From positions 2,938 to 66,937 of the forward strand of contig JAZKBR010000005.1 in the NCBI GenBank assembly GCA_040388535.1: a stretch of DNA of 64,000 nt, in the 5' to 3' direction. The translations under genes and the position numbers were made by a program. The stretch comes from Gemmatimonadota bacterium (lineage in GTDB: Bacteria > Gemmatimonadota > Gemmatimonadetes > Gemmatimonadales > GWC2-71-9). The notes beneath the pieces are model-generated. The model worked only from the letters and a program-made list of their open reading frames with translations, searched no databases and had not been told where the DNA came from. How positions within the stretch are numbered: position 1 is the first letter of the stretch; every line of letters begins with the position of its first letter. Positions 37,080 to 44,739 of the stretch are shown here, piece after piece.

Positions 37080-37836
37080 AGCGCGAGAGTACGGCTCCAC
37101 TGGCGTCGAGCGTCGCATAGCGGTGGCCATCGAGCCAGGCACCGGGATTCAGGTACCAGCGCCCCGGTGCGACTTCGACGGCGGCTTCCCGGTGGGTGTG
37201 CCCCATGATCAGCGCATCGATCGCGGGATCGGCCGCCAGCCGCGTTTCGGCCCAGCGGAGCTGGCGCGCCGCCGCATCGGCCACGACGTCGGGACGATTG
37301 GCACCGAAGGCCGGATCGTGGCCGAGTCGATCGGCGATCCGGAATCCGAACTCGATCGGCAGCAGCCGGAAGGTTGTGATCACCGCAGGCGAGGCGAGCA
37401 GGCGCGACAGAAAGGTCGCTGTGGCTCGTTCGACATGCAGGCCGTCTCCGTGCACAGCCAGGGCCGTGCGACCGGCGACCTGCAGGCGGAGCTGCCAGGG
37501 ATCAAACTCGATTTTGGCGTCCTGCTGCCAGAAGGTCTCGCCCCAGCGATCGTGATTTCCGCCGATCATTGCAACAGGGAAGGACCGGGCGAGATGGATG
37601 AGGCCGGCCGTGATCCGCGCTGCACGACGCGGAATGACCCGGCGGTAGCTGAACCAGAAATCGTAGATGTCCCCGGCGAGCAGCAGCGAATCGCCCAGCG
37701 TGGGGACGGCGTCGAGGAAAGCGAGAAACGCTTCCTCATCCGCAAGAGGGGCCGAACCCAGGTGGGCGTCGGCGACCACGACGAGACGTTGACCGATCAC
37801 GGCGCGAAAGGTGGACGATGAGCGAAGGTGAGGCAA
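37072..37836 (-). CDS. LpxH-like metallophosphoesterase (UDP-2,3-diacylglucosamine hydrolase family)
   Basis: VVVADAHLG, LLLAGDIYDFWF, GGNHD and GHTH motifs. The start is either the ATG at 37836 or the GTG at 37800. Confidence 0.75.
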   Translation of the reverse strand: MPHLRSSSTFRAVIGQRLVVVADAHLGSAPLADEEAFLAFLDAVPTLGDSLLLAGDIYDFWFSYRRVIPRRAARITAGLIHLARSFPVAMIGGNHDRWGETFWQQDAKIEFDPWQLRLQVAGRTALAVHGDGLHVERATATFLSRLLASPAVITTFRLLPIEFGFRIADRLGHDPAFGANRPDVVADAAARQLRWAETRLAADPAIDALIMGHTHREAAVEVAPGRWYLNPGAWLDGHRYATLDASGAVLSRFS

Positions 37837-38264
37837 CTCAGGACCGCCATCTGACGACCATCAGTCGCCGGGTGGACTATTCCGAAACCGACCAGATGGG
37901 GGTGGTATACCACGCCCGCTACCTGGTCTGGCTCGACGTGGCCCGGACCGAGCACCTGCGCAAGACCGGTATCTCCTATCGGGAACTTGAAGCGCTCGGA
38001 CTCCGTCTCGTGGTGAGCGACCTCGCCATCCGGTATCGTCGGTCTGCCCGATACGATGATCCCGTGCGGGTGCGGACGTGGGTAAAGGATGTCGCCTCCC
38101 GCAAGGTCGTCTTCGGCTACGCCGTCGAGCACGAGGATACCGGCGAGCTCCTCGCGACCGCGACGACGACCCTGCTTGTTCTGGATGCATCCTTCGCATT
38201 CGCGCGCCTGCCCGAGTCGGTGGCCGCGATGCTCGTTCCTGTCACTGGCCCGGTGCGACTCTGA
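37818..38264 (+). CDS. Acyl-CoA thioesterase, YbgC/4HBT family
   Basis: Hot-dog fold signature VDYSETDQMGVVYHARYLVWLDVAR. Confidence 0.85.
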   Translation: MSEGEATQDRHLTTISRRVDYSETDQMGVVYHARYLVWLDVARTEHLRKTGISYRELEALGLRLVVSDLAIRYRRSARYDDPVRVRTWVKDVASRKVVFGYAVEHEDTGELLATATTTLLVLDASFAFARLPESVAAMLVPVTGPVRL

Positions 38265-40285
38265 TGCGAATGCTCTTCCTGTTGACGTCGTGTTCGCTCC
38301 TCGCCGCGCCGCTCGCGGCCCAGGACCCTGCCATCGTGGAAGGATTGGCGCCGCTGCTGATGGCTGGCGACCGACGCGCCTATGATGACGCACTCTTCTC
38401 TCGCGCGTTGCTCAACCCCGATGTGACAGTGCGCCGCACGGCCGCAGTGACCATCGGACGGATCGGCGACAAGGCCGGAGGGCCGCTCCTGATCACCGCC
38501 ATCCGCGACCGCGACCGGAACGTGGTCGCCGATGCCTTCTTTGCACTCGGCCTGCTCAAGGACACGGCTGCGGTCGAGCCGATCATCTCCCGGCTCCGCG
38601 ACCCTGATTCGCTCTCGGCCGATGCCGTCGCGGAAGCCGCGACAGCGCTTTCGAAGATTGGTGGCGCCGGCGCGGCGCGCTTCCTGGGCGACGTGATCGC
38701 ATCCGGTGCCGGGCTCGCGCGTGACCGCCGTGACGCGCTGATTCCCAATGCGCTGCTGGAGTCCTGGCGCCTGGGTCCGCTGGCGACCGTTTCGGCCCTT
38801 ATTCCCTACGTCAGCGACACTTCGGCAGACCTGCGCTGGCGCTCGACATACGCGCTCGTGCGGCTGCGTGCCGTGCCGGCTGCCAACGCCATTCTGCGAG
38901 CCGCGCGCGACGCCGACGCGATGGTGCGTGAGACTGCGGCGAAGGGGCTGACGAAGGCGTTCGCCGACTCGGCGAAGCTTCCCGCGGGAGCGGTGACCGG
39001 CGAACTGGTGCGCGCCTTCGACGACGAGCGACCCGGCGTGCGTATAAATGCGCTGGCGGCCGCCAGCAGCTGGCGTGACTCGACCCTCGCGACGCGAGCG
39101 TTGCGCCTCCTCTCTGATCCGGATCCCAACGTACGGGTGCAGGCGGTCACCACGCTCGGTGACTTGCGCGGCAGCGCCGCACTCGCGGCCATCGATGCCG
39201 TCTTCGATCGTCGCGATGCCTCCTGGGCCATGCGCCGCGCCGCGCTCCCCGTGCTCGCGCGAGCCGACACGGCCAGCTTCGCCAGACGCGTGGTGGCGTG
39301 GAGCAGCAGCACCGATATTCGTGAGCGGATCGCGGCGATCGAGGGATGGGGCGTCGTGAAGCCGGCCGATGACGCGCTCTTCCGCGCCGGGATTGCCGAT
39401 GGCGATCCGCGAGTGCAAGCAGCGGCCCTCGGCGCCTGGCGCGCCGCGCGCACGCGGACCGACACTGCCGTCATCACAGTCGCGCGGTCGTGGTTGAAGT
39501 CGCGAGACGGCGACCTGCGCGACGCCGCGCTCGGGGTGCTCCGCGGCAACGTGACCATCGACGATCTTGACCCGCTCCTCGAAGCGTGGCGACTTGGGGC
39601 ACAGGACAACGAACTCGATGCCCGACTCGCCACGCTCGGCTTGCTCGCCGGGCTCGCCAGGCAGCATCCCGAAGTGATGGATCGGCTGACCGACCCCGCT
39701 CGTCGTGCGTTCTTCGATCGCCCCGCTGACGGCTTGTTGCGTCGAGCCGCCGAAGCGCAGTGGCCGGCGCTCGCGGAGCGGTGGGGGCCCGCCGCGCCGT
39801 TCGAGACCGGCCGTTCCCTCGAAGACTATCGCGGAGTAGTGCGCACACTGGTGCTCGCCAAGGCCAATCCGAAGGTCATCATTGAAGTCGAGGGGAAGGG
39901 GAGCGTCGAAGTCGAACTGCTCGGTCGCGACGCGCCGCTCACCGTGGCCAACTTCCTCCGGCTCGTCGACCGCCGCTATTTCGACGGCAACCGCTGGCAT
40001 CGCGTCGTCCCCAACTTCGTCGTCCAGGATGGCGATCGCACAGGCACCGGAAATGGTGGCCCAGGGTGGTCGATTCGCGACGAGATGACCCGTGCTCGCT
40101 ACAACCTCCCCGTGCTCGGGATGGCGCTCTCGGGCCCCGACACCGGCGGAAGTCAGTGGTTCATCAACCTCAGCGCTCAACCGCACCTCGATGGCGGCTA
40201 CACGGTCTTCGGTCGAGTTTCTGGCAGCTATGCCACCCTGAACCGGATCGTTCAGGGCGACGTGATCCGCTCCATCCACCGGTGA
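38264..40285 (+). CDS. Secreted HEAT-repeat protein fused to a C-terminal cyclophilin-type peptidyl-prolyl isomerase domain
   Basis: The ATG at 38264 gives the signal peptide MRMLFLLTSCSLLAAPLAAQ. Repeated (D/N)P(D/N)xxVR HEAT-like units follow. The C-terminus has FLRLVDRRYFDGNRWHRVVPNFVVQDGD...GGSQWFINL...FGRV. Confidence 0.85.
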   Translation: MRMLFLLTSCSLLAAPLAAQDPAIVEGLAPLLMAGDRRAYDDALFSRALLNPDVTVRRTAAVTIGRIGDKAGGPLLITAIRDRDRNVVADAFFALGLLKDTAAVEPIISRLRDPDSLSADAVAEAATALSKIGGAGAARFLGDVIASGAGLARDRRDALIPNALLESWRLGPLATVSALIPYVSDTSADLRWRSTYALVRLRAVPAANAILRAARDADAMVRETAAKGLTKAFADSAKLPAGAVTGELVRAFDDERPGVRINALAAASSWRDSTLATRALRLLSDPDPNVRVQAVTTLGDLRGSAALAAIDAVFDRRDASWAMRRAALPVLARADTASFARRVVAWSSSTDIRERIAAIEGWGVVKPADDALFRAGIADGDPRVQAAALGAWRAARTRTDTAVITVARSWLKSRDGDLRDAALGVLRGNVTIDDLDPLLEAWRLGAQDNELDARLATLGLLAGLARQHPEVMDRLTDPARRAFFDRPADGLLRRAAEAQWPALAERWGPAAPFETGRSLEDYRGVVRTLVLAKANPKVIIEVEGKGSVEVELLGRDAPLTVANFLRLVDRRYFDGNRWHRVVPNFVVQDGDRTGTGNGGPGWSIRDEMTRARYNLPVLGMALSGPDTGGSQWFINLSAQPHLDGGYTVFGRVSGSYATLNRIVQGDVIRSIHR

Positions 40286-40305
40286 GGCAGGGTAAATTGG
40301 GCGCC

Positions 40306-41004
40306 ATGAGAGAGACGCGATTCCTGCTGGCGGGCGCCGTGCTGATCAGCGGGTGCGCCACGGCGATGCCGGGCCCCGTGATTCCGGTGGCGCTCCAACC
40401 GGTCACTGCCGCCCAGGTGCAGGGGTGGGTGCAGAGCACCAAGGTGACCGAACGACGCCTCATCCGCTTCGGCTGGCAGTTCCACAACCCGCGAGAAGGG
40501 ACTGTCGGCGGCAAGGGCTCTGTGCAGATTGCGGTCCCCGATTCGCTCCGCTTCGACTATCGCGGCACTTTGGGAATGGGCCGTGGTGCGGCGGTTGTAA
40601 TCGGTGATTCGGCCCACTGGGCTCAGCCCGAAGACCAGTTCAAGAAACTGGTGCCGAACTACTCGCTGCTCTGGGCGATGCTTGGGGTGGCGCGAGACCC
40701 GAAATCCGGCGACCAGCTTGCCGGTCTCGACAACGAAACGATCACGGCGTGGCGCTATGTCGACGGCGCCGACACGGTGGAGTACGCCCGCACCAAGCTC
40801 GCGCCGATGCAACTCGTCGCCGACGTGCGTGAGGGCGGCAAGCGGATCGGCCGAGTGGTGACCACGTTCAACGAGCAAGGTCAGCCCGTGAAGTCGCAAC
40901 TTGATGTCCCCGCCGGGCAGGCGCGGCTCACGCTGAAGTTCACGCTCTTCTCGACGCCCAAGCCGTTCGATCCGGAGATCTGGCATGCGCCGATCGACAA
41001 CTAG
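40306..41004 (+). CDS. Hypothetical lipoprotein (possibly LolB/DUF4292-like)
   Basis: The ATG at 40306 gives the lipobox LISGCA. The sequence is beta-rich and the gene sits directly upstream of the LptE-like gene. Confidence 0.62.
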   Translation: MRETRFLLAGAVLISGCATAMPGPVIPVALQPVTAAQVQGWVQSTKVTERRLIRFGWQFHNPREGTVGGKGSVQIAVPDSLRFDYRGTLGMGRGAAVVIGDSAHWAQPEDQFKKLVPNYSLLWAMLGVARDPKSGDQLAGLDNETITAWRYVDGADTVEYARTKLAPMQLVADVREGGKRIGRVVTTFNEQGQPVKSQLDVPAGQARLTLKFTLFSTPKPFDPEIWHAPIDN

Positions 41005-41491
41005 TCTGGCGCTGCTGCTCCTCACTGCTGGCTGCTCCTTTGGCTTCAAGGGAGGCGGCCTGCCGCCGACGGTCCGGACTGCCGCGGTCCTCCCGTTCGA
41101 CAACGAGACCACCGATCCTACCATCAGCCAGCAGGTGATGCTCTCGGTGAAGGAGGCGATCGAACGACGGCTCGGCCTTCGCGCTGCCGGCGAGAATCAG
41201 GCCGATGTCGTCGTGCGAGGCAAAGTGGCGCGCTACGAGCCCGACCTCCCGGTTGCCTATCAGGGGACACCCGGCGTGGCCGGTACTCCGAACACGGTGC
41301 AGGTGACGCGGCGGCTCGTCTCGCTCTCGGTCAGCGTGGAAATTGTCGAGCGGAAAACCGGCAAGGTGATCTGGCCGGGATCAGTGTCGGTGGAAGGTGA
41401 ATACGACCCGGGTCGCGAGGCGGATGGTCGCCGCAAGGCTCTTGAGAAACTGGTCGCCAAGATCGTCGAAGGAGCGCAGAGCAAATGGTAA
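40985..41491 (+). CDS. LptE-like LPS-assembly lipoprotein
   Basis: Lipobox LLTAGC followed by SFGFKGGGLP, as at LptE N-termini. Size (168 aa) and envelope context fit. The assignment is tentative. Confidence 0.5.
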   Translation: MRRSTTSLALLLLTAGCSFGFKGGGLPPTVRTAAVLPFDNETTDPTISQQVMLSVKEAIERRLGLRAAGENQADVVVRGKVARYEPDLPVAYQGTPGVAGTPNTVQVTRRLVSLSVSVEIVERKTGKVIWPGSVSVEGEYDPGREADGRRKALEKLVAKIVEGAQSKW

Positions 41492-41862
41492 ATGCCAGCT
41501 CGAGCAGGTCGCGTCGTGGCGCCGGGTCGATCGGTTGCCTGACGACACTCGTGGTCGTGGTCGCCGTGATCTTCCTTGCCGTGCAGCTCGGCAAGCCGTG
41601 GTTCCGCTACCAGCAGTTCCGTGATGTCATGAAGAGCTCGGCCCGCTACGCCGTCTCGCTCCCTGATTCGGTGATTCGTTCCCGCCTGATGGCGAGTGCC
41701 GATTCGCTCGGCCTTCCCAAGGACGCGAAGCGACTCAAGATCGTGCGCTCGCGATCGCCGGCCAACATCACCATTTCGTCGGAATACATCGAGAACGTCA
41801 AGCTGCCGCTTTATGGGTTGCTGAAGATCCACTTCAATCCCCGCGCGGAGGAAGCGCTCTGA
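41485..41862 (+). CDS. Hypothetical membrane-anchored protein
   Basis: A single N-terminal TM segment (LTTLVVVVAVIFLAV). ATG overlaps the upstream stop by 7 nt. Confidence 0.55.
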   Translation: MVNASSSRSRRGAGSIGCLTTLVVVVAVIFLAVQLGKPWFRYQQFRDVMKSSARYAVSLPDSVIRSRLMASADSLGLPKDAKRLKIVRSRSPANITISSEYIENVKLPLYGLLKIHFNPRAEEAL

Positions 41863-42347
41863 GTCTCCCGGGCTCCTCGCAGTCGCGGATCCGGTCGCTG
41901 TCCGAGGCGGTCGCATGGCGCGCGCACGCACCGGCACCGGTCGTCTTCACGAACGGCGTCTTCGACCTCATCCACCCCGGCCACGTCGAAGTGCTCGAGC
42001 GCGCACGCGACTTCGGCGCCGCGCTCATCGTGGGCATCAACAGCGATGCGTCGGCGCGCCGCCTCGGCAAGGGCGCCGATCGACCGGTCGTCGCCGAGCA
42101 GGCGCGCGCGCGGGTGATTGCGGCGCTCGGCTGCGTCGACTGTGTCGTCATCTTCGAGGAAGACACGCCCCTGCGCCTGATCGAGTTGCTTCAGCCCGAT
42201 GTACTCGTCAAGGGCGGCGACTACCAGCCAGATACCGTGGTTGGCGCTGATGTCGTCCGTGCGCGCGGCGGCCGCGTCGAAATTGTCTCGCTGGTTCCGA
42301 ATCATTCCACCTCCAATATTGTCGAGCGTCTCCGTGCCCCGTCCTGA
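41859..42347 (+). CDS. rfaE2: D-glycero-beta-D-manno-heptose 1-phosphate adenylyltransferase (RfaE domain II), non-canonical CTG start proposed
   Basis: VVFTNGVFDLIHPGHVEVLERA...INSDASARRLKG-like...LVKGGDY matches cytidylyltransferase-fold HldE-C. The HxGH motif lies upstream of the first canonical start (GTG 41991). The CTG at 41859 has GGAGGA 6 nt upstream. Confidence 0.75.
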   Translation: MSLPGSSQSRIRSLSEAVAWRAHAPAPVVFTNGVFDLIHPGHVEVLERARDFGAALIVGINSDASARRLGKGADRPVVAEQARARVIAALGCVDCVVIFEEDTPLRLIELLQPDVLVKGGDYQPDTVVGADVVRARGGRVEIVSLVPNHSTSNIVERLRAPS

Positions 42348-43044
42348 TGGTCGTGCCTTCGATGCGCTGCGTCCCACCGTGCTGGAACGCAACGCCAATC
42401 CGTATGCCGAAGGCTCCTGCCTGGTTCGCATGGGAGGGACGCTCGTGCATTGCACCGCCAGCGTCGAAACCGGCGTGCCGCGCTTCAAGAAGGGGAAGGG
42501 CGAGGGTTGGGTCACTGCTGAATACTCTATGCTGCCGCGCGCGACGTCGGAGCGTACCGATCGCGAGCGTAACGGCCCCGGCGGCCGCACTTACGAGATT
42601 CAGCGACTGATCGGGCGATCGCTGCGCGCCTCGATGAAGACCTTTGCCTTCGGTGAATACACCATCAAGGTCGACTGCGATGTCCTGGTGGCCGATGGCG
42701 GCACGCGCTGCGCTTCGATCACCGGTGCCTGTGTCGCCCTCCACGATGCCTGTGCCTGGCTGGCGGAGAAGACCAGCCAGCCGACGCCGTTCGGGACGCT
42801 GGTCGCAGCCGTATCGGTGGGGAAGGTCGCTGGCGCGCATCTGCTCGATCTCGCGTACCTCGAGGATCGCGACGCCGAGGTCGATGCCAACGTGGTGATG
42901 CTGGCGCCGAACAATTTCGTGGAAGTGCAGGGGACAGGGGAGCACGGCACCTTCGATCGTAGCGAGCTCGACACGCTGCTCGATCTGGCGCAGGGTGGGC
43001 TCAACCAGCTCTTCGCGCTGCAGCGGACCGCCATCGGCCAGTGA
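42334..43044 (+). CDS. rph: Ribonuclease PH
   Basis: From the GTG at 42334: RPDGRAFDALRP...AEGSCLVRMGGTLVHCTASVE...GWVTAEYSMLPRAT. Confidence 0.93.
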   Translation: MPRPDGRAFDALRPTVLERNANPYAEGSCLVRMGGTLVHCTASVETGVPRFKKGKGEGWVTAEYSMLPRATSERTDRERNGPGGRTYEIQRLIGRSLRASMKTFAFGEYTIKVDCDVLVADGGTRCASITGACVALHDACAWLAEKTSQPTPFGTLVAAVSVGKVAGAHLLDLAYLEDRDAEVDANVVMLAPNNFVEVQGTGEHGTFDRSELDTLLDLAQGGLNQLFALQRTAIGQ

Positions 43045-43661
43045 GTGTCTTGCTGGTGGCCACGCGCAACCGCGGCAAGCAGCCCGAGCTGCGGGCGCTG
43101 CTCGGACCGCTGGGTATGGAACTCCGCTTTCCTGATGAACTGGGGCTGGTGGAGCTCCCTGAGGAAGACGGCCTCGAGCAATTCGAGACCTTCATCGAGA
43201 ACGCGACTGCCAAGGCCGAGTATTTCATGGCGCGCTCAGGACTGCCCACGCTCGCCGACGACTCGGGTGTCGAAGTCGATGCCCTCGGCGGCGCGCCAGG
43301 AGTCCACTCGAAGCGCTTCGCGGGGTTCGCTGGCCCCGACCACGAAGTGACCGCAGCCAACAACACCGAGCTGCTCCACCGACTGCGCGACGTGCCGCTG
43401 GGCAAGCGTACCGCGCGCTACCGCGGGATGCTGGTGCTCTGCCGGCCGGGGCTGCCGCCGGTGGTTGCAGACGGGGTCACCGAGGGGCACATCGCGTTCG
43501 CTCCGAGCGGGAGCAGTGGGTTCGGATATGACCCGTTGTTCGTGAGCACTGAGCTCGGGAAGAGCTTTGGCGAGGCGACGCCAGAGGAGAAGGAGCGGGT
43601 GTCGCATCGTGCGCGGGCGGCGCGGGCGCTGGTGGCGATCCTCGAATCGGAGCGACGGTGA
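43041..43661 (+). CDS. rdgB: dITP/XTP pyrophosphatase (RdgB/HAM1)
   Basis: LLVATRNRGK...ADDSGVEVDALGGAPGVHSKRF...GFGYDPLF...SHR. Confidence 0.92.
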   Translation: MSVLLVATRNRGKQPELRALLGPLGMELRFPDELGLVELPEEDGLEQFETFIENATAKAEYFMARSGLPTLADDSGVEVDALGGAPGVHSKRFAGFAGPDHEVTAANNTELLHRLRDVPLGKRTARYRGMLVLCRPGLPPVVADGVTEGHIAFAPSGSSGFGYDPLFVSTELGKSFGEATPEEKERVSHRARAARALVAILESERR

Positions 43662-43930
43662 CCCATCGCCACGTCACCCTGAGCGAAGCGAGGGGGCTGA
43701 TCCTTCGGCTGGAACAATTCGGCCAACAGCTCTGGCCCAGGCGCACCCGGACACTGCTCGCGGGTCTGGTGCTGGCTGCGTGCGCGCCTCGAGCAACAAC
43801 CGGAATAGCGAGCGCGGGCAATTCGGCGCTCCCCTTCTTCGGTTCCGACACGACCGCCGTCCGCTACCGCAATCCCGACACTGCCGCCTGGTTCAGGAAC
43901 CGAATTGGCAACAAATGTGGGACTCCCTGA
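43658..43930 (+). CDS. N-terminal fragment of a lipoprotein (signal peptide + lipobox), probably split from 43915..44466
   Basis: LLAGLVLAAC lipobox. GTG overlaps the rdgB stop (GTGA). The ORF stops 16 nt after an ATG in the -1 frame. Confidence 0.45.
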   Translation: MTHRHVTLSEARGLILRLEQFGQQLWPRRTRTLLAGLVLAACAPRATTGIASAGNSALPFFGSDTTAVRYRNPDTAAWFRNRIGNKCGTP

Positions 43931-44466
43931 CCGCACTGGGTATCTGGACACTTCCAGACCAAAGCAATCTGCCGCGTGAACCGATGCCGAACGACGGAAG
44001 GATCGGTCGGCTTACGATGGACGGAACGACGATGACGGTTGAAGTGCGCGATCGTGGTCGATACCGCTCCTATGAATATTCCAACCCGGACGCTCGTGCC
44101 GCACCACCGGAGCGCCTTGCCGCCGCAATCGAGGCGATCGACGGTCGGCTGGATATCGTCTACCGGCGTCCTGCGCACGAAATGCTGGTTCGAGGAAAAC
44201 TGGAGTTCGTGAGAGGCGGAGTCTTCCTCACCCGCTGTGGCTCGGACACGCTAATGGAGGCACGAGGGTCGCTGGGTCGTTCGCTTGATTCGTTGCGCGC
44301 CAAGGCCTATCAAGATTCCACGATTGTCCGTGCCTTCCTGGTCCGGGTGCGTGGCATGCAACCGAACCTCGCACTGCCGGCCCGACGACGGCTCCGAGAA
44401 TTTGCGCAGTTCAATGTCGATTCAGTGTTGAGTGCCGAAGGATGGGCTGAACGACGAGGCTGTTGA
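43915..44466 (+). CDS. C-terminal part of the same hypothetical protein (or independent 183-aa ORF)
   Basis: Protein-like sequence begins only at MWDSLTALGIW. There is no SD and no signal peptide of its own. The upstream part of track ORF 43567.. is a shadow of rdgB. Confidence 0.45.
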   Translation: MWDSLTALGIWTLPDQSNLPREPMPNDGRIGRLTMDGTTMTVEVRDRGRYRSYEYSNPDARAAPPERLAAAIEAIDGRLDIVYRRPAHEMLVRGKLEFVRGGVFLTRCGSDTLMEARGSLGRSLDSLRAKAYQDSTIVRAFLVRVRGMQPNLALPARRRLREFAQFNVDSVLSAEGWAERRGC

Positions 44467-44544
44467 GGGTGGGGCCCGACGGGAGGATGTCTCCCTCCTG
44501 TCGCCCTCGCCATCCTGACCCGCCGCCGGTTAGATTGTCGTCCA

Positions 44545-44618
44545 CGGGGCGTAGCGCAGTCCGGTAGCGCGTCCGCTTTGGGAGCGGAAGGCCCCGGGTT
44601 CAAATCCCGGCGCCCCGA
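44545..44618 (+). tRNA. tRNA-Pro (anticodon TGG)
   Basis: The cloverleaf was folded by hand. The acceptor stem pairs CGGGGCG with CGCCCCG. The anticodon loop is TTTGGGA and the T-arm is CCGGGTTCAAATCCCGG. CCA is not encoded. Confidence 0.93.
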
Positions 44619-44632
44619 TTTACCTGTGGTAC

Positions 44633-44655
44633 CGGCAGCTCCGAGGGGGCTGCCG
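44633..44655 (+). terminator. Candidate hairpin after tRNA-Pro
   Basis: CGGCAGC (44633-39) pairs with GCTGCCG (44649-55). There is no U-tract. Confidence 0.3.
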
Positions 44656-44739
44656 CTGAGCGTGGGTCTCTCGGCCCCGCGATATCGGCAAATCAAGACC
44701 GTCAGCGTTTTCCGTCCCCCCCTGGATCAGGAAATTGCG

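Noticed and set aside
43567-43914. An N-terminal extension of ORF 43567-44466, which would give a 299-aa protein.
   Set aside because: The upstream 116 codons overlap rdgB and ORF 43658 in another frame and read as Arg/Pro-rich junk. Protein-like sequence starts only at Met 43915.
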